This document shows, piece by piece, positions 37,848 through 48,085 of a DNA stretch of 64,000 nt. The notes beneath the pieces were generated by a model. That model was given only the letters and a program-made list of their open reading frames with translations, was not told the origin of the DNA and searched no databases. The number at the start of each line of letters is the position of its first letter. The first letter of the stretch is position 1. Where the stretch lies: the NCBI GenBank assembly GCA_016188975.1, contig JACPGQ010000008.1, forward strand, positions 17,812-81,811, read 5' to 3'. Origin of the DNA: Candidatus Levyibacteriota bacterium. GTDB lineage: Bacteria; Patescibacteriota; Microgenomatia; Levybacterales; UBA12049. The position numbers were made by a program, and so were the translations under genes.

Positions 37848-39724
37848 GCAAGTAACTTTTCAACCGTTTTTACAATATTCTCTGCATCAATGCCTGCGTC
37901 CTTTAAGAGCAATTCCGGTTTTCCAGACCGGGAAAACTTTTTGACGGCAAGCTTCTCTACTCTTGCATCACTCTGAGAGACGGCAGAAAGAACAAAATCC
38001 CCTAACCCTCCATGCTCATAATGGTCTTCAACGGTAACGATAATTTTTTGCTTAGTCTCATCGAGACATGAAAGGAGCGTAGGTTTATCGATAGGTTTTA
38101 TGCTGTAACAATCAACGATACGGACATGTATTCTTTTTTTCTTTAGCTCCTCATACGCTTTCAACGCTTCGTGAACAGTGATACCTGCTGCGACAATCGT
38201 TAATATGTCATCCTGAGCGAAGCGAAGGATCTTGGACCCACCAATGGTAAATGTAGCGTCATTTTTATAGAGAACCGGAGTTTTGGGGCGGAGGGTTCGA
38301 AGGTATGAGATACCTTTATGCACTGCAAGAAGCGGGAGAAGTTTTGCTGTAGACACTGCGTCTGATGGATGGAGAACAACTGCCTCAGGAATCGTCCCAA
38401 ACATCGCGATATCCTCAAGTCCCATTTGCGATGAACCATCCTCGCCTATCGAAACGCCCGAATGAGACCCGACAAAAGTGATATTTGCATGACCGATCGC
38501 TCCCATTCTGATTTGATCAAACGCCCGAGTTAGAAACGCTGCAAATGTTGAGACGAATGGCTTTTTCCCGATTCGAGACATGCCAACCGCAACACCAACC
38601 ATATTTTGCTCAGCAATAAAGCACTCGACGAACCGATCAGGAATTGCTTTCATAAAGTCTAAGCTATACGTTGAATTCTTTACTTCTGCATCAAGCGCAT
38701 AGATACGGGAATCTTCTTTGGCAATGTCTGCCAAGATTTTGCCATACACCTCACGCGTCGCTACTTCGTCACCAATGGCATAGGAACTGTCATTCTGAAC
38801 TTGTTCGCCAAAGGCGAACCTACTCGGTTTCAGCATCTTCTTTGGATCCCGAATCAAGTTCGGGATGACAACGCTCTGAGGCTCCTTTAATTGAAATCGT
38901 AATGATTCATCTACCTCTCCAAGCTCCTTGAGCGCTTTTTCAAGATCATCTTTTTTCAGAGGTTTCCCGTGCCATCCATTCGTGTCTTCTAGAAAACTCA
39001 CTCCTTTTCCTTTGAGCGTTTTCGCAACAACAACATATGGCTTTCCTGTTGTATTCTGCGTTGCATCTAAAAGCGCTTTGTCTATTTGCACTACGTCGTG
39101 CCCATCAATTGCGATAACCTCTGCTCCGAATGCTCGGAATCTTCCCACATACTCATCAATGTGATGCTCAAACATTGTCGGCTGACTCTGGCCGAGACGA
39201 TTAATATCTGAAAGAATGATGAGGTTATCAAGTTTATAATATGATGCAAAATTCAACGCTTCCCACACCTGTCCTTCTGCTAGTTCTCCATCACCAGTCA
39301 AAACATATGTTTTGTACGGAAGTTTCTCGTTTTTAGCAACATACGCTAACCCTGCACCAATTGATACTCCCTGCCCTAAAGAACCAGTCGCTGCATCGCT
39401 ATAGGCAAAATTTGGTGTTGGGTGTCCTTCAAGAGGGCTGTTGAATTGTCGAAGCGTGAGAAGATCCTCAACCGGAAACGCACCGCTGAGAGCAAAAAGG
39501 GTATAGAGAAGCGGCGCAGCATGACCCTTTGAGAGAATGAATCGGTCATTTCCAGGGAAGAGTGGGTTTTTGAGGTCATAGCGGAAGTATTTGTCAAAAA
39601 GGACTGTTGCTAGATCAGCAGCTGACATACAGGTTGTCGGATGACCAGAACCAGCAGCAGTTGTTGACTTGAGGGACCAGGCGCGAACTAACGTTGCTTT
39701 TTGAGCAAGGTGATTGGTTTGCAT
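37844..39724 (-). CDS. tkt: Transketolase
   Basis: TPP motif GDGELAEGQVWEA, N-terminal GHPTTCMSAADL, and the pyrimidine-binding and C-terminal domains are intact. Confidence 0.85.
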   Translation of the reverse strand: MQTNHLAQKATLVRAWSLKSTTAAGSGHPTTCMSAADLATVLFDKYFRYDLKNPLFPGNDRFILSKGHAAPLLYTLFALSGAFPVEDLLTLRQFNSPLEGHPTPNFAYSDAATGSLGQGVSIGAGLAYVAKNEKLPYKTYVLTGDGELAEGQVWEALNFASYYKLDNLIILSDINRLGQSQPTMFEHHIDEYVGRFRAFGAEVIAIDGHDVVQIDKALLDATQNTTGKPYVVVAKTLKGKGVSFLEDTNGWHGKPLKKDDLEKALKELGEVDESLRFQLKEPQSVVIPNLIRDPKKMLKPSRFAFGEQVQNDSSYAIGDEVATREVYGKILADIAKEDSRIYALDAEVKNSTYSLDFMKAIPDRFVECFIAEQNMVGVAVGMSRIGKKPFVSTFAAFLTRAFDQIRMGAIGHANITFVGSHSGVSIGEDGSSQMGLEDIAMFGTIPEAVVLHPSDAVSTAKLLPLLAVHKGISYLRTLRPKTPVLYKNDATFTIGGSKILRFAQDDILTIVAAGITVHEALKAYEELKKKRIHVRIVDCYSIKPIDKPTLLSCLDETKQKIIVTVEDHYEHGGLGDFVLSAVSQSDARVEKLAVKKFSRSGKPELLLKDAGIDAENIVKTVEKLLA

Positions 39725-39732
39725 GAGACGTA

Positions 39733-40746
39733 TTATACCGTATTTTGTGGACGGTGCGAAAGAAATGCCGTAATGTTTTCGATTGTAATATTGACAATGC
39801 GCTGGAGCGCCTCAGTGCTATTAAACGCATTATGGGGTGTGATAATCACATTTGGTTTGGTGAGAAGGACGTGATTAAGAAGTTGCGTTTTTAAGTTACA
39901 CTCCTTTAAAAATTCTTCAGTTAGAAGCTGTACCTCATCCCTGATATAACATTCTTCCTCAAGTACATCCAAACCGGCTGCAAAGAGAATGCCTGTATCA
40001 AGACCCTTCAAAATTGCCTCAGTATCCACGACGCCACCACGTGCTGTATTTATCAGGATGCTCCCTTTCTTACATTTCATGATATTGTTTTTGTTTATTA
40101 AGTGATGTGTCTCTTTATTGTATGGCACATGGAGTGAGACAATATCTGACTTTGCAAGAAGTGTGTCCAAATCTACATAGGTAAACCCTAATTTCTTTGC
40201 TAATGCTGCATCAGTGTGTCGGGAGAACGCGAGTACTTCCATACCGAAACACCTCGCAAGCCGTATGACGGATCTTCCTATACTACCTGTCCCAACAACG
40301 CCTAGTGTTTTTCCATAAAGCTCAAACCCCCGAAGCCCTTTGAGCCTAAAATCTCCTTTCTTAGTCCTTTCAACTGATTGAATAAGCTGCCTGCTTATAG
40401 CCAACATGAGGGCTAGTGTATGCTCGGCAACAGTATAAGAGCCATAATCAGGAACATTGCAGACGATAATATTGTTTTTCCTGCAGTAGGCAAGGTCAAT
40501 GTGGTCAAATCCTGTGGTTCTTGTCGAAACGAGTTTAAGGTTTGTAAACTGTTTGAGGAGCTCCTCGGTGAGATTTGGATAGCTTCGTGATGAGAGGATA
40601 TCGATATCACGATATTGAACAATCACCTCTGGTGAAAGCGCATGCTGTTCAAAAAGAAGCGTATATGAACCAAGCTTCTCCTCGATAAGTGGCTTTTCCC
40701 AACCTTCGATTTCGAAAAATGCTATCTTCACGAAGAGACGTGTCAT
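39733..40746 (-). CDS. D-isomer-specific 2-hydroxyacid dehydrogenase (NAD-binding)
   Basis: GKTLGVVGTGSIGRSVIRLAR Rossmann motif and catalytic R/E/H pattern. The start is probably at MTRLFVKI. Confidence 0.75.
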   Translation of the reverse strand: MTRLFVKIAFFEIEGWEKPLIEEKLGSYTLLFEQHALSPEVIVQYRDIDILSSRSYPNLTEELLKQFTNLKLVSTRTTGFDHIDLAYCRKNNIIVCNVPDYGSYTVAEHTLALMLAISRQLIQSVERTKKGDFRLKGLRGFELYGKTLGVVGTGSIGRSVIRLARCFGMEVLAFSRHTDAALAKKLGFTYVDLDTLLAKSDIVSLHVPYNKETHHLINKNNIMKCKKGSILINTARGGVVDTEAILKGLDTGILFAAGLDVLEEECYIRDEVQLLTEEFLKECNLKTQLLNHVLLTKPNVIITPHNAFNSTEALQRIVNITIENITAFLSHRPQNTV

Positions 40747-40860
40747 TTCGATCCGCCTTTGGCCCACTTCGCCAATCTATTCTCAGCGAGGCGAGAGAGA
40801 AATCTCCGATTGAGATCTCTCCTCACGCAGTTCGTCGAGATGACAACATGTACGATAATA

Positions 40861-41472
40861 TCACATCTCCAGGCTTTTCCATAAGTATCTGCACCCAAGT
40901 GTCCGGTAGGGTTTCCACTTATTAGCAATAGTTAACGCAGTTTTCTCTGATGGTTCTTTTCGCAACCTATACAGTTTTTGCATCGCTCTCTTGAGCCCCA
41001 AATCACCATATGAAAAAACATCAAGTCTCCCCATGCTAAACATCAAAAACATCTCTGCTGTCCATCTGCCGATTCCTTTAACCTTAATCAGTTCCTGAAT
41101 AATTTCTTCATCTGTCATAATTTCAAACTGCTCAAAGAGAATTGCACTCTCCATCGTCTTTTTTGCCAGATCCTTGATGTAGGAGATTTTCTGCCAAGAG
41201 ATACCAACATCTCTAATCTTCTGATCAGGAATATCAAGCGTCAGTGCGGGGTCAACTTGCTCTTTCGGAAAAAGGGCAATAAATCTTTTCCAGATAGTAT
41301 CCGCTGCTTTTATTGAGAGTTGCTGAGAAACGACTGATTCGACAAGCTCAATGAAATAATTCCCTCCCTTGCGAGGGTCAATTGGCCCGACTTGTCCAAT
41401 AACCGATTTAAGGATAGGGTCTTTTTTGGCAAGGTATGTTGCAATCTCTTTTCCTGTAGGGCTTTTTTTCAT
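40861..41472 (-). CDS. HhH-GPD DNA glycosylase (AlkA / 3-methyladenine glycosylase II-like)
   Basis: The helix-hairpin-helix reads IKVKGIGRWTAEMFLMF, followed by the catalytic Asp region (FSYGDLG). Confidence 0.65.
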   Translation of the reverse strand: MKKSPTGKEIATYLAKKDPILKSVIGQVGPIDPRKGGNYFIELVESVVSQQLSIKAADTIWKRFIALFPKEQVDPALTLDIPDQKIRDVGISWQKISYIKDLAKKTMESAILFEQFEIMTDEEIIQELIKVKGIGRWTAEMFLMFSMGRLDVFSYGDLGLKRAMQKLYRLRKEPSEKTALTIANKWKPYRTLGCRYLWKSLEM

Positions 41473-41554
41473 TACTCTATTGTACGGGTCCTCACAGAAG
41501 CATTCAAGAGTGAGGTGTATTTGAAAATATAATGGTATATATTATTTGATTTAG

Positions 41555-41938
41555 GTGCTCTATCAATACATATGGTATACTCAAGAGGCTATGAACATAA
41601 AAGCGCTGCAAGAAAAGATAAAACGATTCAATGAAAAAACACGACCAAAATATAAACTCTACTCACAGACTGAGAAAGAAATATTAACAAAAACGATAAA
41701 ACTCAATGAGGAAGTTGGAGAACTCTGCAATGATATTCTTTCTGTTCTTAAGCTACAACGGAGGTCAAAACTCGCAAAATTTGACAAGCGGAATTTTTAT
41801 GAAGAATTTGCCGATGTCATTATCACTACCTTCCAACTCGGTAGCGTCGCGGGCGTCGACATTGAACGCGCGATTAATGATAAACTGAAAAAAATTGAAA
41901 AGCGATATCACTTGGAGAAAGATCGAATAGAAAGCTAA
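41555..41938 (+). CDS. MazG-like nucleoside-triphosphate pyrophosphohydrolase (small form)
   Basis: EEVGELCNDIL and EEFADVIITTFQL are EExxE/D MazG motifs. The start may instead be at MNIKALQ (41591), which has an AAGAGG Shine-Dalgarno. Confidence 0.6.
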   Translation: MLYQYIWYTQEAMNIKALQEKIKRFNEKTRPKYKLYSQTEKEILTKTIKLNEEVGELCNDILSVLKLQRRSKLAKFDKRNFYEEFADVIITTFQLGSVAGVDIERAINDKLKKIEKRYHLEKDRIES

Positions 41939-42236
41939 TGACCCTCTATCCTTTCTGACCAATAAAAAACACATCCATCACTCCCAACGACTGCTTCATG
42001 GACAGTATTTCCGGGGATAATCATTTTGTCACCAGGCTTACAATGATATATCTTACCAACGACAGTAACATCCATTGATCCCAGAGAAAAACAAGAAGTT
42101 TCGTTTCTGGATGCTGATGCTTAGGATAGACGTATCCTACACTATTGGAAATTTGTATCGGATCAAATCCCCCCTGACGAATATCAGCTGCTATCTTGTC
42201 TTCATGGATCTGTTTATAGTATCCTTTTTTATACAT
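41935..42236 (-). pseudogene. Cupin-domain protein interrupted by a 1-nt frameshift at a G run
   Basis: Cupin motif 1 (YPKHQHPETKLLVFL) lies in one frame and motif 2 (KPGDKMIIPGNTVHEAV) in the -1 frame. One extra G in TGGG near 42051-42053 would restore a single ~100-aa cupin ORF. Confidence 0.45.
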
Positions 42237-42264
42237 GGGGTAAGTTTACCATATAGTTATAGCA

Positions 42265-43467
42265 ATGCCGAAAATGCCTAAACTACCATATCTCCATGCT
42301 CTCAATCTAAAAACGCTCGTGCTTCTTGTCGCCATCGTTGCTGTTGTTGCTGGTGGCATCGCTTTCTACAGTCTCACTATGCAAACGAGACAGCAGGGTC
42401 AAATCACGATGCTCTCTTCTGAAAAAACAACGCTTCAAGGACAACTCGCCTCAACATCAGCACAACTTCAAGACCTTCTGGATGACGATCAGTACAAAAT
42501 CAATCAAGACCTCAAAACAGAAATTGCGAATATCCAGAAAACGTATAAGAAAGCTGTGACGACGTATGAGAGCTTGGTGAAAGTAAAAGATGTATCAAAA
42601 AATATCAAAGGATTTGATGCGCAATTTGCAAAATCCCTGACACTCTTATCGGATAAAAACTACGCATCAGCTGATGCCGAGCTTTCTGATCTTACGAAGA
42701 AGATACAGGCAGAAAATGACAAAGTGAGCTCCTCCTTCTCAATCCCTGCCAACGTCCCTGAAAAAAATACTCCACCTGGCAGCGGGTTCAGCAGGCAACA
42801 AGTCAATGCAGGTATCGGAACATATCTCGTCGATATCGTCTCAGCTGATCTTGGTTCAACCCGAGTGATTGTTGACACTGCATCTGACGGCACCTGCACC
42901 AATAGCTGTCCTGTCCTTTCACTCGGAGCGTATGTCTCACGAAGCGGAGGTTATGCTGGGATTAACGGTTCATATTTCTGCCCTGAGTCATACCCAAGTT
43001 GTGCCGGGAAAACGAACTCTTTTGACACGCTTCTCATGAACAAAAATAAGGTCTACTTCAACTCAGACAATAACAAATTCAGTACAGTGCCGGCAGTTGT
43101 CTTTTTAGGCGGCTCTATACGCTTTGTCGGGCAAAGTGTGGAGTGGGGAAGGGATACCGGAATTGACGGAATGATTGCCAACCAACCGTTACTGTTATCA
43201 GGAGGCAATATTACCTTTGGCGGTGATGGTGATCCGAAGAAGGGAAGTAAAGGCTCAAGAAGTTTTGTGGGCAATAAAGGCAATACTGTTTATATCGGCG
43301 TCGTTCATAATGTCACGGTAGCTGAAGCAGCCCATGTGCTCAAGGCGATGGGACTTGAAAACGCACTGAATCTTGACAGTGGCGGCTCAACTGCACTTTG
43401 GTACAGCGGATACAAAGTAGGCCCCGGCCGCAATATCCCCAACGCGATTGTGTTTGTGAGGAAATAA
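42265..43467 (+). CDS. Membrane-anchored phosphodiester glycosidase family protein (NAGPA/DUF2233-like)
   Basis: An N-terminal TM and coiled coil, with INGSYF and LDSGGSTAL motifs in the C-terminal domain. Confidence 0.5.
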   Translation: MPKMPKLPYLHALNLKTLVLLVAIVAVVAGGIAFYSLTMQTRQQGQITMLSSEKTTLQGQLASTSAQLQDLLDDDQYKINQDLKTEIANIQKTYKKAVTTYESLVKVKDVSKNIKGFDAQFAKSLTLLSDKNYASADAELSDLTKKIQAENDKVSSSFSIPANVPEKNTPPGSGFSRQQVNAGIGTYLVDIVSADLGSTRVIVDTASDGTCTNSCPVLSLGAYVSRSGGYAGINGSYFCPESYPSCAGKTNSFDTLLMNKNKVYFNSDNNKFSTVPAVVFLGGSIRFVGQSVEWGRDTGIDGMIANQPLLLSGGNITFGGDGDPKKGSKGSRSFVGNKGNTVYIGVVHNVTVAEAAHVLKAMGLENALNLDSGGSTALWYSGYKVGPGRNIPNAIVFVRK

Positions 43468-43468
43468 C

Positions 43469-44266
43469 TCAATCTGCTGCCAAAGAACTCTCCTCAAGAG
43501 GAGCACAAAACGTTTTTGCAATTTCCTCTCTGTACTTTTGGATAAGCTCATCACGCGCTTTAGCAGCATCCTTATTCCAGCTAAAACGGTGCGCAGCATT
43601 TAAAGCATATTGAAGGTCAATATCACTTAAGAACCGCTCTGTAATATACGGTTCCATTGCATCAGGAGCTTGTTTTTCAGAATCCCAAACGAGCTCAAGG
43701 ACGGCCTTTCGTTCTAGCAGGTCTCTTTTCCCCTTTCCATTAGAAGTACTGTAGATTTGTTCATAGTACAGCGGTAACGGCGGTACATAGATATTTGCTC
43801 GTTTTGCTAAATTGACAGGAGAATCATAATATGTCTGTTCTACCGGATCTTCGTCGCAGGCAAGTTGACACTGCAGAAATATTCCGCGAATCTGTCTTGT
43901 TCCCATAAACGTTTCAATACCAACATAAAGATCGATCAGGTTTGAGTTATCAACCAAGACCGGGAAAAACGGCATCCCTTCTGCAAAACGGCTCCGAACC
44001 AAGGTATCATCGCCTTCAAGATACACTAACCCCTTACTAAACATTCTATCTATAACTAGCAACTCTTGCTCTCGTTTACCCAAACGAGAAAACTGATCAG
44101 GTGCTACAGCATGACCATCAGGAGAAATATTTGCTACTTGCTCAGGAGAGAGTATGCGCTCATTCTGAAGTGTTACTCCACCAATCGAGGGTTTTACCGC
44201 AGGCGGTATAATTCTCTGACGCGTCCTTATATCAGTAATAATAGCACCAGGTGCCTCTGTAATCAT
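43469..44266 (-). CDS. Hypothetical protein, family unrecognised
   Basis: 265-aa ORF convergent with the preceding gene. No motif that I can name. Confidence 0.3.
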   Translation of the reverse strand: MITEAPGAIITDIRTRQRIIPPAVKPSIGGVTLQNERILSPEQVANISPDGHAVAPDQFSRLGKREQELLVIDRMFSKGLVYLEGDDTLVRSRFAEGMPFFPVLVDNSNLIDLYVGIETFMGTRQIRGIFLQCQLACDEDPVEQTYYDSPVNLAKRANIYVPPLPLYYEQIYSTSNGKGKRDLLERKAVLELVWDSEKQAPDAMEPYITERFLSDIDLQYALNAAHRFSWNKDAAKARDELIQKYREEIAKTFCAPLEESSLAAD

Positions 44267-44398
44267 ATGACTATAGGTTAATTATAAGTCTTCTACTCCT
44301 CACAACTTGACAGTTCTTGGACAATTTAAGCCTCAGATGGCGACATAAAGAGAGATGACACACCTATCTTATGTCACCAAAATTGTTATAATGCAAGA

Positions 44399-45190
44399 GT
44401 GAAACTAACTTTTTTCGGCACTGGTTCGAGTACCCCCACGTCCCACAAACCGTTTCGATCCTATGCAGCTTTTTCAGTTACAACCGTAAGTGATTTTTTG
44501 CTGTTTGATATTGGCCCAGGGACAGTTGCAAAAATGATTCAGCATGGGATTGATGTCATAAAAAATCCAACACATCTTTTCATCTCCCATTTTCACCTTG
44601 ATCATTGCCTCGACTACATCACACTTACCAAAGCACGAGCATTAAAAAGAAAACAAACGGGCGAAGAAACATCGCTTCAGGTTTTTGGCCCTGAAGGATT
44701 AAGAGAGTTAAGTGATGACCTTTTTGCTAAAGTAAAAAAGTGGGATTACATGGCAAACGAATTAAAAGCTTTCGAAATTCTCAAACAGAAAGAAACGATG
44801 GAGGGAGTTGTCGCTAATTCTGGAAGTTGGAAAGTTACTTGTGCGCCGATTAAGCACTATAACGGCGTGTGTTATCGGCTCGATACAGATGGAAAATCTA
44901 TCGTCTATTCAGGAGATATGGGTTATGATGAAACCATTGCAGAACTTGGCAGAAATGCTGATGTTGCAATTCTTGAATGCTCATATCCAAGTAAAGCAGA
45001 AAATAAAGGACTGCATCTCTGTCCGGAAGAAATTGGAGAACTCGCGAGAATCGGAAATTTTAAGTATGTCATTTTGACACATATGTATCCGGCATGTGAG
45101 GGACGCGAAGAAGAGATGGTAGCAACGATACAAAAACGAGCAAACTGTGAAGTGACTGTTGCACAAGATTTTTTGGAGATGGAGTTGTAG
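44399..45190 (+). CDS. MBL-fold metallo-hydrolase (RNase Z/ElaC-like)
   Basis: HFHLDHC is the HxHxDH motif, with further metal-ligand His/Asp residues downstream. Confidence 0.7.
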   Translation: MKLTFFGTGSSTPTSHKPFRSYAAFSVTTVSDFLLFDIGPGTVAKMIQHGIDVIKNPTHLFISHFHLDHCLDYITLTKARALKRKQTGEETSLQVFGPEGLRELSDDLFAKVKKWDYMANELKAFEILKQKETMEGVVANSGSWKVTCAPIKHYNGVCYRLDTDGKSIVYSGDMGYDETIAELGRNADVAILECSYPSKAENKGLHLCPEEIGELARIGNFKYVILTHMYPACEGREEEMVATIQKRANCEVTVAQDFLEMEL

Positions 45191-45194
45191 CTTT

Positions 45195-45230
45195 AAGGCC
45201 ACGCCTTGCAGTCTCGCAAGGCGTGGCCTT
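45195..45230 (+). repeat. Perfect 15-bp GC-rich intercistronic hairpin (AAGGCCACGCCTTGC-agtctc-GCAAGGCGTGGCCTT)
   Basis: It lies between the MBL hydrolase stop (45190) and the next ATG (45238). No U-tract follows. Confidence 0.5.
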
Positions 45231-45237
45231 GTAAAAA

Positions 45238-45642
45238 ATGAAACCTGATATCTTAAAACAAGCAAAAACAATCGCAATTGTTGGTCTTTCTGATAAAAAG
45301 GATAGGCCAAGCTATGATGTCGCGTCATACTTACAGTCACAAGGCTTTCGTATTATTCCAATAAACCCTGGCATTCATGATGTCCTTGGAGAAACGGCGT
45401 ATCCGGATTTATTGTCAGTGCCGAAAGATATACAGATTGATATTGTCGATATTTTCCGAAGATCAGAACTCGTGATGCCACATGTAGAGGAGGCGGTCAA
45501 AAGAGGGGATGCTAAAATGATCTGGATGCAAGAAGGAGTCATCAATGAGGAGGCAGCAGAGCTTGCAAGGTCACATGGCATAGAGGTTATTATGAATTTC
45601 TGCCTAATGAAGACGCATAAGAAACAAACAGGTAAGGTCTAA
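45238..45642 (+). CDS. CoA-binding domain protein (YccU/YneT-like)
   Basis: IAIVGLSDKKDRPSYDVASYLQSQGFRIIPINP is a CoA-binding Rossmann-like motif. Confidence 0.7.
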   Translation: MKPDILKQAKTIAIVGLSDKKDRPSYDVASYLQSQGFRIIPINPGIHDVLGETAYPDLLSVPKDIQIDIVDIFRRSELVMPHVEEAVKRGDAKMIWMQEGVINEEAAELARSHGIEVIMNFCLMKTHKKQTGKV

Positions 45643-45983
45643 TACTTATTTTTGCTTTTATTTTTTGACTCCTCAATATCCACATGTAATTCATCAATGA
45701 CATCCTGTGCAACTTGCTTTATCTTCTGTTCTACTTTATCAACTTTCTTATTCAAAAACCGCCAAAGGCTTGCATGATCGTTCATGGTCATTTGACGTAA
45801 GAATATCTTCTTGTCCTCTTCAGATAACTCAGAAAGAACAGCATTAATAATGACGTAGTGCAACCTGTCATGGGCGAGGTTTACCAGTTCAGTTTTTTCT
45901 TCATCAGTCAAATCAAGTTCCTGAAGCTTCAGGTGGACTGATTGGATATCGACAAGGTGGCTAAAAAAATATCGTTGCTTCAT
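45639..45983 (-). CDS. Hypothetical protein
   Basis: 114 aa, helical, no recognisable motif. Confidence 0.3.
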   Translation of the reverse strand: MKQRYFFSHLVDIQSVHLKLQELDLTDEEKTELVNLAHDRLHYVIINAVLSELSEEDKKIFLRQMTMNDHASLWRFLNKKVDKVEQKIKQVAQDVIDELHVDIEESKNKSKNKY

Positions 45984-45985
45984 AG

Positions 45986-46867
45986 CTACTTCATCTCCAC
46001 TGGACCTAGGGGAATTGTATCATTAGGATCATCAATGAAAAAGTACAAAACAGGCCCAACAGCCTTCCCGTCAACCCGCTCTAAATACTTCATCACCTCA
46101 GGCGATCCACCAAGGCCTTTTCCCGTCCATTCGGCAGGTCCTGCATCTCCTATCACCACAACCATCGCTTTTCCATTGTGCGGGTTAACAACAAGCATTT
46201 TTCTGAATTTAAAAAACTCTGAGTACTCACGAACGCTATCATGAAACCCTGGAGCAAGAAACGTCTGCACTGCGATATAATATTTCTCTCTGTCAGATTC
46301 TTTTTGGGTCATTTCCGAACGAGAAGGTGCAAAATACCGCCACGCCCCAAGGCCTGGCGCCATACCAGACGAGTAGTATTTTGTTGCATCCTCATTAGTC
46401 GCAAAATGTGTCGCCATCGTATCTCCTGGATATCGTGCCAAATGCTGCTCAGCTCCGATTCTGCCGTAGCTTAGATTTAGGCGTTTACCATAAATCTCAG
46501 CTTTTACAGGAAAACCGAAACGCTCAGAGAGCATGGCTGTAATACGGTCCTCTTCTTCAGTTGTGAGCGGCCGGATCTCCTTAGGGATAGTGTTGAAAAG
46601 ATCATGTACAAGAAACGTAGTTTTATCAATACCTTTCTCACGCTCTTCCTGGACAGAAGTGGTGGAATTTCTCGCTCCTATGGAAGGCTGCTGCACAGAA
46701 AGGAGGAGTACTCCAACAGCACCAACTGAGAAATTACGCAAGTGGTGTGTCAGCCAGTGAAACGCTTCTCCATGCTTTTCTAAGATCTCTTTCTGTATCT
46801 CCCTATGCCGGTCTTGCCATTTATTTTTAAGATGTTCGTAGTGAGGTTTGTAATTTCTTTGTGACAT
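45986..46867 (-). CDS. Secreted or membrane-anchored protein with a C-terminal 3D/DPBB (RlpA-like) domain
   Basis: MLVVNPHNGKAMVVVIGDAGPAEWTGKGLGGSPEVMKYL resembles the double-psi beta-barrel of RlpA/3D-domain proteins. An N-terminal TM is present. Confidence 0.4.
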   Translation of the reverse strand: MSQRNYKPHYEHLKNKWQDRHREIQKEILEKHGEAFHWLTHHLRNFSVGAVGVLLLSVQQPSIGARNSTTSVQEEREKGIDKTTFLVHDLFNTIPKEIRPLTTEEEDRITAMLSERFGFPVKAEIYGKRLNLSYGRIGAEQHLARYPGDTMATHFATNEDATKYYSSGMAPGLGAWRYFAPSRSEMTQKESDREKYYIAVQTFLAPGFHDSVREYSEFFKFRKMLVVNPHNGKAMVVVIGDAGPAEWTGKGLGGSPEVMKYLERVDGKAVGPVLYFFIDDPNDTIPLGPVEMK

Positions 46868-46990
46868 CCCATCTATAGTGACACGAATAGGGATGACAGG
46901 TCAAATCGCAAGAAAATTTTTGTCAAGTGAGGCGCGTTAATTAATCCACACTTTTTGAAATGCTAGTCAAATAGGGAACTGCATGATTAA

Positions 46991-48079
46991 CTAAAACGTA
47001 GCTGGGTAGCCTATCATTAACATATTATCATCAAGTTTTTTAAGAGTAAAATTTTTTAGATGCACTGCCTCTTTAATATATTTTGCTCCACTGCCTCCAA
47101 TAGCACTAACTCCTTTTTCTCCACCAACAACAATTGGCGCATAAAATGCATAAACTTTGTCAAATAACCTTTCATCAACAAAATACCCCAAGGTTTTACC
47201 TCCGCCTTCCACCAAAAGACTAATAATCCCCTTTTCTTTTAAGTAGGTTTGTAGTTTATCTAAAGATATTTCATTATCGGAAAATTTGAGAATAGTTATA
47301 TTTTTCTTTTTCAATAAGGCAAGCTTTTTATCAGAAACCCTTAAGTTAGTCACTATTAAAACATTACTATCTCGTAACACTTGACTATTCGGAGGTAATC
47401 TTAAGTTAGGATCAAGAATTATTCTAAGTGGATCCTTTTTTCCTCTAATTCTTACTCCTAAATGAGGATCGTCCTTAAGAACAGTATTAATTCCTACTAA
47501 AACTGCTTGATATTGACCTCTTAAGCCTCTTGCAAATTCTCTAGCCTTTTCATTAGTAATCCATTTTGAGTCGCCTGTTTTGGTCGCTATTTTTCCATCC
47601 AAGCTTGAGGCGAATTTAATTGCAATAAAAGGCCTGTTTTTTTCATGAAATGTAAAAAAAGCTTCATTTAATATTCTTGCCTGATCTTCCAAAATCCCAA
47701 CAGATACATCAATACCTGCTTTTTTTAATTTAGCTACCCCTTTTCCGCAAACTTTTGGATTAGGATCTAAAGTAGAACAAACGACACGAGATATTTTTGC
47801 CTTAATTATTTCATCTACACAAGGTGGGGTTCTTCCAAAATGACTACAAGGTTCCAAGTTAATATATAAGGTGGTTCCCTGGATACTTCCTTTGACAGAT
47901 CCGAACGCTTCAATCTCTGCATGAGGAAGTCCCACCTTTTTGTGGTATCCTTTCCCTATTATCTTGCCGTTTCTAACAATCACCGCTCCTACCATAGGAT
48001 TTGGATTTGTCCATCCTATTCCTTTTTTGGCAAGTTTGAGCGTTTCTTTCAGGAAAAAATGATCCTGAGTCTGATTCAT
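46991..48079 (-). CDS. ribD: Bifunctional riboflavin biosynthesis deaminase/reductase RibD
   Basis: CMP/dCMP-type deaminase zinc motif HAEIEAF...PCSHFGRTPPC, plus a C-terminal reductase domain. Confidence 0.85.
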   Translation of the reverse strand: MNQTQDHFFLKETLKLAKKGIGWTNPNPMVGAVIVRNGKIIGKGYHKKVGLPHAEIEAFGSVKGSIQGTTLYINLEPCSHFGRTPPCVDEIIKAKISRVVCSTLDPNPKVCGKGVAKLKKAGIDVSVGILEDQARILNEAFFTFHEKNRPFIAIKFASSLDGKIATKTGDSKWITNEKAREFARGLRGQYQAVLVGINTVLKDDPHLGVRIRGKKDPLRIILDPNLRLPPNSQVLRDSNVLIVTNLRVSDKKLALLKKKNITILKFSDNEISLDKLQTYLKEKGIISLLVEGGGKTLGYFVDERLFDKVYAFYAPIVVGGEKGVSAIGGSGAKYIKEAVHLKNFTLKKLDDNMLMIGYPATF

Positions 48080-48085
48080 TTTGAT

